In this document: positions 46,124-55,781 of the stretch, piece by piece
Position numbering within the stretch: position 1 is the first letter of the stretch
Layout: each line of letters starts with the position of its first letter
Source of the DNA: a virus
Lineage: Duplodnaviria > Caudoviricetes
Virus record (IMG/VR): IMGVR_UViG_3300018421_000026
Span: 1-59,728 of that record
Strand: one strand, 5' to 3'
DNA length: 59,728 bases
Made by a program: the position numbers and the translations under genes
The notes under the pieces: model-generated
What the model was told of the DNA's origin: nothing
The model's input: only the letters and a program-made list of their open reading frames with translations
Databases searched by the model: none

Positions 46124-47764
46124 ATGAACACTGAAAGAGCAAATGTAGTCAGCCGTGGTGAGTGCGGCAAGTGTGGTTCGTCCGATGGCAATGTGCTATA
46201 CGACAACGGGTCACGCTATTGCTTTGTGTGTGAGACATACACGGCAGCAGAAGGCTCTGACAATCTTGTCAGCGTCACAGAACGAAAGGTTCATACAATG
46301 AATACACCATTGAGTCGAGGGCAGTTCGCTGCCATTGAAGACCGTGGTATCACTATTGATACTGCCAAAGCTTATGGCATTACTGTCACAGGTGACAAAC
46401 AGATATACCCATATCACGATGTGAATGGTCAGCATGTTGCGAACAAGGTTCGACATGTATCCACCAAAGACTTCCATGCCGAAGGCCGACTGCCACAGGC
46501 AGGGTTGTTTGGTCAGCATTTGTTTCGTGATGGTGGCAAGTATATCACAATCACCGAAGGTGAGTTGGATGCTGTGTCTGCTTATCAGATGATGGGCAGC
46601 AAGTGGCCTGTCGTGTCCGTCCGTAATGGCGCACAGTCTGCAGTCAAGGATGTGAAGGCACAGTTCGAGTGGCTCAACAAGTTCGACAACATCGTTGTGT
46701 GCTTCGACAATGACGAGCATGGCAATGCAGCAGCCGCAAAGGTTGCGTCCATCTTCGAGCCTAACAAGTGCCGCATCGTGAAGCTGAAGGCAAAGGATGC
46801 CAACGAGTATCTCAAGCACGGTAAGACCGAAGAGTTTATCAAGCGGTGGTGGGACGCAGCGCCTTACACACCTGCAGGTATCGTGAACCTCAAGGACTTC
46901 GAGGGCTTGTATGATGACGAGGACAGGCAGTCCGTTGACTACCCATACAAGGGCATGAACGAGTTGCTCTATGGTATGCGTACTGGTGAGCTTATCACCT
47001 TCACAGCAGGCACTGGTGCAGGTAAGTCCAGCATCATGCGTGAGCTTGAGCATCACCTACTCAACAACACCGACAGCAACATTGGCATCATCAGCCTTGA
47101 AGAGAACGTCAAGCAGACCATCTTCCACCTGATGTCTGTCGAGGCAAGCAAGCGACTCTACATCAAGGAGATTCGTGAGCAAGTTCCGCAGGAACAGCTA
47201 ACACAATACGAGCAAGCCACTGTAGGCACAGGCCGTGTGTTTGCCTTCGACCACTTCGGTTCGATACAGACAGACGAAATCCTGGCACGTGTACGCTACA
47301 TGGTCAAGGCACTTGACTGTCGCTACATCATCATTGACCACCTCTCGATACTTGTATCGGGCTTGGAAGGTGAGGACGAGCGCCGCAACATTGACAAGAT
47401 GATGACGCAGCTACGCTCACTGGTCGAGGAGACACAGTGCTGTATGCTTCTGGTGTCACACTTGCGCCGTGCATCAGGTGACAAGGGACAGGAGCAGGGT
47501 GTGCAGATTAGTCTGTCCATGCTACGTGGCTCACACAGCATCGCACAAATCAGTGACGCAGTGATTGCAATGGAGCGTGACCAGCAGGCATCCGACCCTG
47601 TGGTTGCGAACACCACGACCATTCGTGTTCTCAAAAACCGCTATGCAGGTGAGACAGGCATCGCTACCTACCTGTTGTATGACCGTGAGACTGGTCGTAT
47701 GCAGGAGATTGATGACCCTAACGCCGAAGACTTTGACACAGTAGAAGCAGGAGACTACCTATGA
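46124..47764 (+). CDS. DNA primase-helicase (T7 gp4-like)
   Basis: CxxC...CxxC Zn finger, TOPRIM EGELDA/FDND, Walker A GTGAGKS, IIIDH, LRGS, KNRYAG. Confidence 0.95.
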   Translation: MNTERANVVSRGECGKCGSSDGNVLYDNGSRYCFVCETYTAAEGSDNLVSVTERKVHTMNTPLSRGQFAAIEDRGITIDTAKAYGITVTGDKQIYPYHDVNGQHVANKVRHVSTKDFHAEGRLPQAGLFGQHLFRDGGKYITITEGELDAVSAYQMMGSKWPVVSVRNGAQSAVKDVKAQFEWLNKFDNIVVCFDNDEHGNAAAAKVASIFEPNKCRIVKLKAKDANEYLKHGKTEEFIKRWWDAAPYTPAGIVNLKDFEGLYDDEDRQSVDYPYKGMNELLYGMRTGELITFTAGTGAGKSSIMRELEHHLLNNTDSNIGIISLEENVKQTIFHLMSVEASKRLYIKEIREQVPQEQLTQYEQATVGTGRVFAFDHFGSIQTDEILARVRYMVKALDCRYIIIDHLSILVSGLEGEDERRNIDKMMTQLRSLVEETQCCMLLVSHLRRASGDKGQEQGVQISLSMLRGSHSIAQISDAVIAMERDQQASDPVVANTTTIRVLKNRYAGETGIATYLLYDRETGRMQEIDDPNAEDFDTVEAGDYL

Positions 47765-48225
47765 AACTCAAACCAATACAAGGCGCAGTGAACATCCCGT
47801 TCAGTCGCCAGCGTTACGAAACATCTGACGCACCAGCGAAGGACATCGTGATGGATTACCTACAGCGTAATGGTCACGAGATTCTTGACAGCAAAGAAGA
47901 TTTTTCTGTTGACATTAAGTCAAAGAAAGGCGATAATACATACTTCAGCGAAGTGGAAATCAAGTATGGGTGGAAGGGTGACTGGAATCCCAGCTGGAAA
48001 GAGATACGCATTCCGTATCGTAAGCACAAGCTGATTAACAAAGTGGCCGATGCCGATGGCTTCTTCAACTTCTACATCCTACGCTCTGACCGCAAGGCAG
48101 CATGGCGCATCAAGGACAACGTAGTTGCAGAGTCAGAGGTGCGTGAGGCACAAGGACGCAACATTGTGAAGGGCGAACACTTCTTCCACATACCATACGA
48201 GAAAGCAGAGTTGATTGAACTATGA
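47761..48225 (+). CDS. PD-(D/E)xK nuclease-like hypothetical protein
   Basis: VD...EVEIK motif. Confidence 0.5.
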   Translation: MKLKPIQGAVNIPFSRQRYETSDAPAKDIVMDYLQRNGHEILDSKEDFSVDIKSKKGDNTYFSEVEIKYGWKGDWNPSWKEIRIPYRKHKLINKVADADGFFNFYILRSDRKAAWRIKDNVVAESEVREAQGRNIVKGEHFFHIPYEKAELIEL

Positions 48226-49889
48226 AGAGATTAGCAGTAGACATTGAAACAGATGGCCTTGATGCCAAAGAAATCTACTGCGTAGTAGCACGAGACTTAG
48301 ATGAAAAGAGAACCTATACATTTACACCCAAGACTATTGAGAATTGCAAGCAACTCTTGGAGTCGGCTGACATTCTGGTGTTTCATAATGGCGTGTCTTT
48401 TGATGCTCCCGTTCTGAAACGTCTACTAAATATCAACATACCTCTAGACAAGATACGTGATACGCTTATCCTGTCGCAGATGGCTAACCCTGTGCGTGAA
48501 GGCGGTCACTCGCTTGAAGCATGGGGTAAGTCTCTAGGGTATAACAAGATAGAGTTTGACGATTGGTCAGAGTATTCAGACGAGATGTTGAAGTATTGCA
48601 TACGTGACGTAGAGATTACGGAGCGTGTGTATAACATCCTCGTACCAGAGATGAAGCGGTTCTCGCCACGCAGCATACGCCTTGAGCATCAGGTGCGTGC
48701 AATCATAGACCAGCAAGAGCGTAACGGCTTTGCACTCAATGTGCCTGCTGCTATGCAGCTGATGGCTAGGCTGTCGGACGAAGCATCACAAATCAAGGAA
48801 CAGCTACAGCATAAGTTCCCACCGATTGTTGAGATTCGTATATCCGAAAAGACTGGCAAGCGATTGAAGGACAAGGTGACTGTGTTCAACCCCGCATCAC
48901 GCAAGCAGATTGCAGAGCGTCTGTCGGAGTTGGGCTGGAAGCCTCATGCCTACACAGAAAAAGGTCAGGCCATTGTATCAGAGGATGTGCTGTCGAAGGT
49001 TGACATACCAGAGGCACAGATGGTCGCACGCTTTCTTCTCTTGGAGAAACGTGTCTCACAAATTAAATCTTGGATAGAAGCAGTCGGTGATGATGGGCGT
49101 GTGCATGGTAAAGTGTGGACGCTGGGTACAATCACTGGTCGTATGACACACACTTCGCCCAACATGGCGCAGATACCTGCTGTCTACTCACCATATGGAA
49201 AGGAATGTAGAGATGTCTGGACTACTAGAACCCACGCTGATAGCATTGGTAATAGTGTACTTCTGGGTTGTGATGCGTCAGGACTAGAGCTTCGTATGCT
49301 GGCACATTACATGAACGACAGGGACTTCACACGTGAGGTTGTTGACGGTGATGTGCATACCGCAAACCAGAACGCAGCAGGATTACCAACACGAGACAAC
49401 GCCAAGACATTCATCTATGCCTTCCTGTATGGTGCAGGTGCGGCTAAGATTGGTAAGATTGTAGATGGTACAGCTAAAGATGGTAAGAAATTAATTGATA
49501 AGTTTTTATCCAACATGCCTGCACTCAAGGCGCTACGCAGCAAGGTAGACAAGCTTGCATCACGTGGCTATGTGCTAGGTATTGATGGGCGTGTGTTGCA
49601 GATACGTTCTGCACATGCAGCACTCAACTCCCTACTCCAGGGGGCAGGTGCAATCGTCTGTAAGGAATGGCTCAAGCACATTATCATACAGGCAACCAAG
49701 CGCAACCTTGACTTCAAACTCGTTGCGAGTATTCACGATGAGTACCAGTTCGAGGTTCGCAAAGACCACGCTGAAGAACTTGGCGAGGTTACAAAGCTGG
49801 CAATGAAACTGACAGAGCAATCGCTCAAGGTTCGTTGTCCTCTCGACAGTGAATACAAGGTCGGGAATACGTGGGCAGAAACCCACTAG
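48222..49889 (+). CDS. polA: DNA polymerase family A (T7 gp5-like)
   Basis: DIETDG exo I, HNGVSFD, DASGLELR motif A, RDNAKTFIYAFLYG motif B, IHDE motif C. Confidence 0.97.
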   Translation: MKRLAVDIETDGLDAKEIYCVVARDLDEKRTYTFTPKTIENCKQLLESADILVFHNGVSFDAPVLKRLLNINIPLDKIRDTLILSQMANPVREGGHSLEAWGKSLGYNKIEFDDWSEYSDEMLKYCIRDVEITERVYNILVPEMKRFSPRSIRLEHQVRAIIDQQERNGFALNVPAAMQLMARLSDEASQIKEQLQHKFPPIVEIRISEKTGKRLKDKVTVFNPASRKQIAERLSELGWKPHAYTEKGQAIVSEDVLSKVDIPEAQMVARFLLLEKRVSQIKSWIEAVGDDGRVHGKVWTLGTITGRMTHTSPNMAQIPAVYSPYGKECRDVWTTRTHADSIGNSVLLGCDASGLELRMLAHYMNDRDFTREVVDGDVHTANQNAAGLPTRDNAKTFIYAFLYGAGAAKIGKIVDGTAKDGKKLIDKFLSNMPALKALRSKVDKLASRGYVLGIDGRVLQIRSAHAALNSLLQGAGAIVCKEWLKHIIIQATKRNLDFKLVASIHDEYQFEVRKDHAEELGEVTKLAMKLTEQSLKVRCPLDSEYKVGNTWAETH

Positions 49890-49899
49890 AAAAAAAGTG

Positions 49900-49934
49900 T
49901 TGACATTTGATTCGAGATGTGGCACTATATAGTG
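49900..49934 (+). promoter_or_regulatory. Promoter for ssb with overlapping palindrome
   Basis: A-tract then TTGACA-17-CACTAT; CACTATATAGTG palindrome. Confidence 0.5.
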
Positions 49935-49986
49935 GTCGTTGGCAATACCGCCACGACATGACAACCAAAACGAAAGGTAAAACGAA

Positions 49987-50454
49987 ATGACCGTAGTAAA
50001 AGGTAAAGCCTATTGGGCATCAGTACAACAACCAAACACCACTTACGAACCTGAGTGGGCAATCGACATTCTTGTTGATGACAACAATCGTGCAGCATTC
50101 GAAGCGGATGGTGTTCCGATTAAGAACAAAGATGACGAGCGTGGTGACTTCGTTCACATCCGTCAGCGTGTAGCACGCCGTGATGGTACGCAGAATGAAG
50201 CGCCTTCAGTTGTGGATGCACAGAAGCAACCGTTCACTGGCCTTATCGGTAACGGAAGCGTTGTGAATGTAATGTACACACCGTTTGCGTGGGAAATGAA
50301 TGGCAAGTCAGGTGTCTCGCCATTGCTCAAGAAAGTTCAAGTCGTTGACTTGGTTGAGTACAAAGCAGGGGAAGACTTCGATGTCGAAGATGGCTTTACT
50401 GCGACAGAAGCACCGTCAGCTAATGAAGAACTGAATGACGAAGTTCCGTTCTAG
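49987..50454 (+). CDS. ssb: Single-stranded DNA-binding protein (T7 gp2.5-like)
   Basis: IGNGS.V.V, VQV.DLVEY, acidic tail ending in PF. Confidence 0.85.
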   Translation: MTVVKGKAYWASVQQPNTTYEPEWAIDILVDDNNRAAFEADGVPIKNKDDERGDFVHIRQRVARRDGTQNEAPSVVDAQKQPFTGLIGNGSVVNVMYTPFAWEMNGKSGVSPLLKKVQVVDLVEYKAGEDFDVEDGFTATEAPSANEELNDEVPF

Positions 50455-50544
50455 GTAGTTGATATGCACGGGGGCGACATTTGGATTTGGTCGCTGGAGA
50501 TAGCTGCGAGGGTGGGAACGCTATCACTTACATAGGAGATTGAC

Positions 50545-50748
50545 ATGACAGACCTACCAGTACAATTGGTATTATTTTATTTTCTAATCGCAGGCTTCTT
50601 TGTCGGGTGGGTTATGCCCCGTGGCAAATATCTAAAAGCCTTTCAATTGCGGCTACTTAAAGGCTTGCACAACTTCTTCGCAGACGAGGAAGAGTATATT
50701 GCACACAAAGTAGAGCGCATTCGCAAGCATACACGCCGTAAGAAGTAG
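50545..50748 (+). CDS. Small membrane protein
   Basis: N-terminal TM; RBS AGGAG. Confidence 0.6.
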   Translation: MTDLPVQLVLFYFLIAGFFVGWVMPRGKYLKAFQLRLLKGLHNFFADEEEYIAHKVERIRKHTRRKK

Positions 50749-50824
50749 GACACGTAGCTCAACTGGATAGAGCAGCAGACTTCTAATCTGCAGGTTGCAG
50801 GTTCAAGTCCTGCCGTGTTCACCA
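50748..50824 (+). tRNA. tRNA-Arg (anticodon UCU)
   Basis: GGACACG/CGTGTTC acceptor, GCTC/GAGC D-arm, GCAGA-CTTCTAA-TCTGC anticodon arm, GTTCAAG T-loop, encoded CCA. Confidence 0.97.
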
Positions 50825-50839
50825 ACATAGGAGAAGCAA

Positions 50840-51367
50840 ATGTATTTACCCAAGCGATTGCCAAGCGTAGTGTTTCAGACACGAGTGCGTGACGAAAGCA
50901 TAGGCGGGGATAACCCGTATCGCTGGCAAGAAGTAACAACCGAAGACCTGTTCGAGGGCAAGGAATGTATTCTGTTTGCTCTCCCAGGTGCATTCACACC
51001 TACGTGTTCAACGTATCAGCTGCCATATTTCGAGAAGATGTATGGCGAGTTCAAGGAGCAGGGCATTGACGAAATCTACTGCCTGTCTGTGAACGATTCA
51101 TTTGTAATGAACAAGTGGGCAAAAGACCAGAACCTTGAGAACGTCAAGGTAATCCCTGATGGGTCAGCCAAGTTCACCAACGGCATGAATATGCTGGTGT
51201 TCAAAGACAATCTAGGATTCGGCGCACGTTCATGGCGTTACGCTGTGCATACAAAAGGTATGGACATTGTACGCAGCTGGGTTGAAGACGGATGGGGGCA
51301 TAACGTAGAGGATGACCCATATGTTGAGTCAGCCCCGCAAAACATTCTCGCAGACTTGAAAGGATAA
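50840..51367 (+). CDS. Peroxiredoxin (Prx5/redoxin type)
   Basis: LPGAFTPTCS, SVNDSFVM, PDG...F, RSWRY. Confidence 0.93.
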   Translation: MYLPKRLPSVVFQTRVRDESIGGDNPYRWQEVTTEDLFEGKECILFALPGAFTPTCSTYQLPYFEKMYGEFKEQGIDEIYCLSVNDSFVMNKWAKDQNLENVKVIPDGSAKFTNGMNMLVFKDNLGFGARSWRYAVHTKGMDIVRSWVEDGWGHNVEDDPYVESAPQNILADLKG

Positions 51368-51369
51368 CC

Positions 51370-52227
51370 ATGACTAAGACACTCGACACACTCGTACAGG
51401 ATATATACACGACACTTGAACAGGGTGTCGATGTCTCACAGCCATCAGTGCAAGAAGCACTGGATGAAGTCGGCAGCTTGGTGCGAGAGGCTGCTGAAAC
51501 TGTGCTTCGTGAGGGAGAGCGTACAGGTGCATCTAACCTACGACTCTCTCAAATCGGAAAGCCAGACCGTCAAATCTGGTACGGAGTACAGGGAGAAGAA
51601 GGAGAGCCTCTCAGTGGACAGACCCGTATTAAGTTCCTGATGGGTCATGTTCTTGAGGCTCTCCTGATTTGCCTGACCAAAGTGTCTGGGCATACAGTCG
51701 AAGAGGCGCAGGATACTGTAGAGGTAGAGGGCGTGGTCGGACATCAGGACTGCGTGATTGATGGTGTGCTAACAGACATCAAGTCTGCGTCTGCCTTTGG
51801 CTTCAAGAAGTTCAAGGACAACAGGCTGTCAGACGATGACCCGTTTGGGTACATTGCACAGATTAGTGCATACGCAACCAAGAACAACCGCAATGAGGCA
51901 GCGTTCCTTGCCATTGACAAGAACAGTGGTGAGCTTGCAGTGACCCGTGTGCATGAGCTTGAGATGATTGATGCTCCTGCTCGTGTCCGTCACCTCAAGG
52001 GCATGGTCACAAGTGAGCAGCCACCTGCCCGTTGCTACAACGATACAAAGGATGGAGAGTCAGGCAACCGCAAGCTGGCGATTGGCTGTGTGTTCTGTCC
52101 ATACAAGAAGAAATGCTGGGCTGATGCCAATGGTGGTGCTGGTCTTCGTGCATTCAAATATTCTAATGGCGTGAGGTATCTGACGCAGGTAGCCAAGACA
52201 CCGAATGTCGAAGAACTGGAGTTATGA
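51370..52227 (+). CDS. Cas4-like PD-(D/E)xK exonuclease
   Basis: LRLSQIG, GH..E, GHQD, DIKS, QISAY, CVFCPYK..C. Confidence 0.8.
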   Translation: MTKTLDTLVQDIYTTLEQGVDVSQPSVQEALDEVGSLVREAAETVLREGERTGASNLRLSQIGKPDRQIWYGVQGEEGEPLSGQTRIKFLMGHVLEALLICLTKVSGHTVEEAQDTVEVEGVVGHQDCVIDGVLTDIKSASAFGFKKFKDNRLSDDDPFGYIAQISAYATKNNRNEAAFLAIDKNSGELAVTRVHELEMIDAPARVRHLKGMVTSEQPPARCYNDTKDGESGNRKLAIGCVFCPYKKKCWADANGGAGLRAFKYSNGVRYLTQVAKTPNVEELEL

Positions 52228-52622
52228 AAAGAAAAAAATATAAACACGAATACAAATCCAATTCAGAATACGAGGCAGCACAGCAGCTTCACAAACTAAA
52301 GATAGCCTTCGAGTACGAGAGGGACACACTACCATACGAGTGGCGTGAGGATAAGAAGTACACCCCAGACTTCTTCCTACCCAATGGTGTCGTGCTAGAA
52401 GTAAAGGGTAGGTTCATGGCAGAGGACAGGAAGAAACACCTGTTCATCAAGAGCCAATACCCAGACATAGACATACGCTTTGTGTTTGATAATCCATACC
52501 GCAAGCTATACAAGGGCGGCAAGATGACCTACGCAGACTGGTGCAACAAGTATGGCTACCAATTCTGTAAATTAAATGAGGGCATTCCGCAAGAATGGCT
52601 TGACAAAGCAAATGTCAAATAG
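52224..52622 (+). CDS. Endonuclease I / Holliday junction resolvase (T7 gp3-like)
   Basis: YTPDF.LPNG..LEVKGRF...DRKKH, DIRFVF. Confidence 0.92.
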   Translation: MKRKKYKHEYKSNSEYEAAQQLHKLKIAFEYERDTLPYEWREDKKYTPDFFLPNGVVLEVKGRFMAEDRKKHLFIKSQYPDIDIRFVFDNPYRKLYKGGKMTYADWCNKYGYQFCKLNEGIPQEWLDKANVK

Positions 52623-52628
52623 TAAAAT
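52600..52628 (+). promoter_or_regulatory. Internal promoter
   Basis: TTGACA-17-TAAAAT. Confidence 0.55.
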
Positions 52629-52944
52629 AACAATTCATCTGGACGAGTTTAGACCAGACCCATCATCGCCTGAACAGACGCTGTTTCTATGTGTCATACT
52701 TCAGGCACTACTCGATGCGACCAAGCAACCATACAAGGGTGAGCCATCAGAAGCACGCATTGAAAGGGACAGGGCAACGGCGTGGTTCTTTGCTTCAATA
52801 GGAACTACGGCACAAGACTTTGAAGAAGTCTGTACCAATGCAGGTGTTGACCCGAACTACATGAGAGACTTCGCCTATAAGGTGTTGCACACAGGAGAAA
52901 TTGAGTATGTCAGAAAACGAATCAACGCAATCCTTGGACACTAA
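52612..52944 (+). CDS. Hypothetical protein
   Basis: VILQALLDA...A.AWF...F.EVC..AG.DP. Confidence 0.65.
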   Translation: MSNSKITIHLDEFRPDPSSPEQTLFLCVILQALLDATKQPYKGEPSEARIERDRATAWFFASIGTTAQDFEEVCTNAGVDPNYMRDFAYKVLHTGEIEYVRKRINAILGH

Positions 52945-53188
52945 GTTCAAGCACTTTGAAGAGCCAAGCGATGACCCAGTAAACAGCCCCGCACATTACA
53001 ACCGCAAGGGTGTGGAGGCAATCCAGGCCATCGAGGCAAGCATGTCACCCGAAGAATACCGTGGCTACCTGAAGGGTAACTGCATGAAATACATGTGGCG
53101 CTACCAATACAAGGGCAAGCCTGTGGAAGATTTGAAAAAATGTCAGTGGTATTTGGATAGGCTTATTGCCTCGCTGGAACAAGTGTAG
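52907..53188 (+). CDS. DUF3310 protein (T7 gp1.7-like nucleotide kinase domain)
   Basis: VNSPAHY, GN..KY.WR..K, EDL.K..WYL. Confidence 0.85.
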   Translation: MSENESTQSLDTKFKHFEEPSDDPVNSPAHYNRKGVEAIQAIEASMSPEEYRGYLKGNCMKYMWRYQYKGKPVEDLKKCQWYLDRLIASLEQV

Positions 53189-53194
53189 TATAAT
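53166..53194 (+). promoter_or_regulatory. Promoter for thyX-nrdJ
   Basis: TTGCCT-17-TATAAT. Confidence 0.6.
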
Positions 53195-53209
53195 TGGAGT
53201 CTTCGACTA

Positions 53210-53887
53210 ATGAAAGTATCATTGATTGATTTTATGGGCAGCGACCTTACTGTGGTAAACGCTGCCCGTGTTTCCTTCAACAAGGAATCAGAGCGTGTCA
53301 AGGTGGGCAACCATCTCGACCTAACAGAGAAAGACCAGAAGCTTATCAAGTACTTAGCTGAACACGCACACTGGTCGCCGTTCTCACATTGCTTCTTGCA
53401 GTTTCGTATTGAAGCACCCCTATTTGTAGCACGACAGCTAGTCAAACACCAAGTGGGGTTGGCTTGGAATGAAGTCAGCCGCCGCTATGTTGACTATGAA
53501 CCTAAATTCTACACACCTAAGATGTGGCGGAAGCGTGCAGACAATGTAAAACAGGGCAGTGCAGACGATAAAGTTCCGTATGACATACGCCCCTTCATGC
53601 AAGAGGCTTTGGAAACATACGACAACATGCTGAAAGATGGCGTAGCACCAGAGCTTGCACGTATGGTGTTGCCGCAGAACATGTACACAGAATGGTATTG
53701 GTCTGGCTCTCTGTATGCCTTTGCCCGTGTGGTCAACCAACGCCTACACGATACGGCTCAGAAAGAGACACGTGAGATTGCAGATATGATTAGTCAGGAA
53801 GCCGCAAGATTTGATTTTAAACACAGCTGGAAAGCACTAACAGGAGAGGAGCTACGCACCGATGACAAGCAATATGACTATGACTAA
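53210..53887 (+). CDS. thyX: Flavin-dependent thymidylate synthase
   Basis: VNAARVS, HWSPF, ARQLVKH..WNEVSRRY, ARMVLP, AQKE. Confidence 0.95.
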   Translation: MKVSLIDFMGSDLTVVNAARVSFNKESERVKVGNHLDLTEKDQKLIKYLAEHAHWSPFSHCFLQFRIEAPLFVARQLVKHQVGLAWNEVSRRYVDYEPKFYTPKMWRKRADNVKQGSADDKVPYDIRPFMQEALETYDNMLKDGVAPELARMVLPQNMYTEWYWSGSLYAFARVVNQRLHDTAQKETREIADMISQEAARFDFKHSWKALTGEELRTDDKQYDYD

Positions 53888-55781
53888 CCACCTACCCACC
53901 GACTATCAAACCTTTATCGCCACATCACGATATGCCAGATGGTTGGAAGACGAGAACCGAAGAGAGACATGGCCTGAGACAGTAGGTAGATTTATAGACA
54001 ACATCGTGCGACCCTCTGGAATTGATACCAAAACAATAGACGAGATTGAGGAAGCCATCCTGAACCTAGAGGTTATGCCTTCCATGCGTGCCTTGATGAC
54101 AGCAGGCCAAGCAGCTGACCGTGACAACACATGCGTATACAACTGTAGCTATCTACCTGTTGACCACCCCCGTGCCTTTGACGAAGCAATGTTTATCCTT
54201 CTGTGTGGCACAGGTGTCGGCTTCTCTGTCGAGCGTCAGGCAATCCAGAAGCTGCCACAAGTACCCGAAGACCTTGCAGAGGTAGAAGATATTATCGTGG
54301 TGCAGGACAGCAAAGAAGGCTGGGCAAAAGGATTGCGTAAGCTTATCTCTCTGCTCTATGTAGGTGACATCCCGTCATGGGACTTGTCTAAGATTCGCCC
54401 AGCTGGCGCACGCCTCAAGACATTCGGTGGCCGTGCCTCTGGACCAGAGCCTCTCAATGACCTGTTTAAGTTTGTCGTTGGTAAGTTTAAGGGTGCAGCA
54501 GGACGTAAGCTCAACAGCGTTGAGTGCCACGACATCATGTGCAAGATTGGCGAGGTTGTGGTTGTCGGTGGTGTACGCCGCAGTGCAATGATTAGCCTAT
54601 CCAATCTGTCCGATGACCGTATGCGTCATGCTAAGTCAGGCCAGTGGTGGGAGAACGAGGGGCAGCGTGCTTTGGCTAACAACTCTGTTGCCTACACTGA
54701 GAAGCCCGACATGGAAACATTCCTGCGTGAGTGGACAGCCCTGGTTGAGTCTAAGTCTGGTGAGCGTGGCATCTTCAGCCGTGACGCAGCAGACAAGCAC
54801 GTAGCACGTAATGGTCGCCGTGAGATTGGCAAGGACTGGGGAACAAACCCCTGCAGTGAGATTATCCTGCGTCCTTACCAGTTCTGTAATCTGACAGAGG
54901 TTGTGATTCGACCAACCGACTCAGAAAAATCCTTGACACGTAAGGTAAAGCTTGCTACAATCTTAGGTACAATTCAATCTACGTACACCCACATGCCGTA
55001 TCTACGACCTGTGTGGCGGCGTAACACTGAAGAAGAAAGGCTGTTGGGTGTGAGCCTGACAGGTATTATGGACAATGAAATTACTAACAAACCGACTTCA
55101 AAGCTTCTTAACAAGCTTCGTGACACTGCTGTACAAACAAACAACGATGTTGCACAGCAACTTGGAATTAGTGCATCTGCGGCCATCACTTGCGTCAAAC
55201 CTTCGGGTACTGTATCGCAGCTTGTTGATTCTGCCTCTGGCATTCACGCTCGTCATAGCGAGTATTATATCCGCACTGTACGGGGCGATAACAAAGACCC
55301 GCTAACGCAGTTCATGCAGGACGCAGGCATCCCATCAGAAGCCTGTGTGATGAAGCCTGAAAGCACGACAGTATTTAGCTTTCCTGTCAAGTCACCTACT
55401 GGTGCAGTTACACGCAATGATATGTCTGCCATTGAGCAGCTTGAGTTGTGGAAGATGTATGCCCTTGAGTGGTGTGAACACAAGCCATCAGTAACCATCA
55501 CAGTGCGTGACGAAGAATGGCTCAAGGTAGGCGCATGGGTGTATGACAACTTTGACATCTGCTCTGGCGTATCCTTCTTGCCGCACAGTGACCACACCTA
55601 TGCACAAGCACCCTATCAGGACTGTGACAAGAAGGTGTACACTGATGCACTGAAGGCCATGCCAAAGTCAATCGACTGGTCAAAGCTTTCTGATTACGAG
55701 AAGGAAGACAACACTGCAGGAACACAGACGCTGGCTTGCTCTGGCGACAGCTGTGAAGTTGTTGACTTGACTGCGGCATAA
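53862..55781 (+). CDS. nrdJ: Ribonucleotide reductase class II (adenosylcobalamin-dependent)
   Basis: YNC, VVGGVRRSA, TNPCSEI, TCVKPSGTVSQL, C-terminal CxxxxC; no beta-subunit gene nearby. Confidence 0.9.
   Translation: MTSNMTMTNHLPTDYQTFIATSRYARWLEDENRRETWPETVGRFIDNIVRPSGIDTKTIDEIEEAILNLEVMPSMRALMTAGQAADRDNTCVYNCSYLPVDHPRAFDEAMFILLCGTGVGFSVERQAIQKLPQVPEDLAEVEDIIVVQDSKEGWAKGLRKLISLLYVGDIPSWDLSKIRPAGARLKTFGGRASGPEPLNDLFKFVVGKFKGAAGRKLNSVECHDIMCKIGEVVVVGGVRRSAMISLSNLSDDRMRHAKSGQWWENEGQRALANNSVAYTEKPDMETFLREWTALVESKSGERGIFSRDAADKHVARNGRREIGKDWGTNPCSEIILRPYQFCNLTEVVIRPTDSEKSLTRKVKLATILGTIQSTYTHMPYLRPVWRRNTEEERLLGVSLTGIMDNEITNKPTSKLLNKLRDTAVQTNNDVAQQLGISASAAITCVKPSGTVSQLVDSASGIHARHSEYYIRTVRGDNKDPLTQFMQDAGIPSEACVMKPESTTVFSFPVKSPTGAVTRNDMSAIEQLELWKMYALEWCEHKPSVTITVRDEEWLKVGAWVYDNFDICSGVSFLPHSDHTYAQAPYQDCDKKVYTDALKAMPKSIDWSKLSDYEKEDNTAGTQTLACSGDSCEVVDLTAA

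Noticed and set aside
50456-50530. Second tRNA or ncRNA after ssb
   Set aside because: Only two short stems (GCGAC/GTCGC, GATAGC/GCTATC); no cloverleaf, T-loop or CCA
51370-52227. CRISPR-Cas system
   Set aside because: Solo Cas4-like exonuclease in the replication module; no other cas genes and no repeat-spacer array
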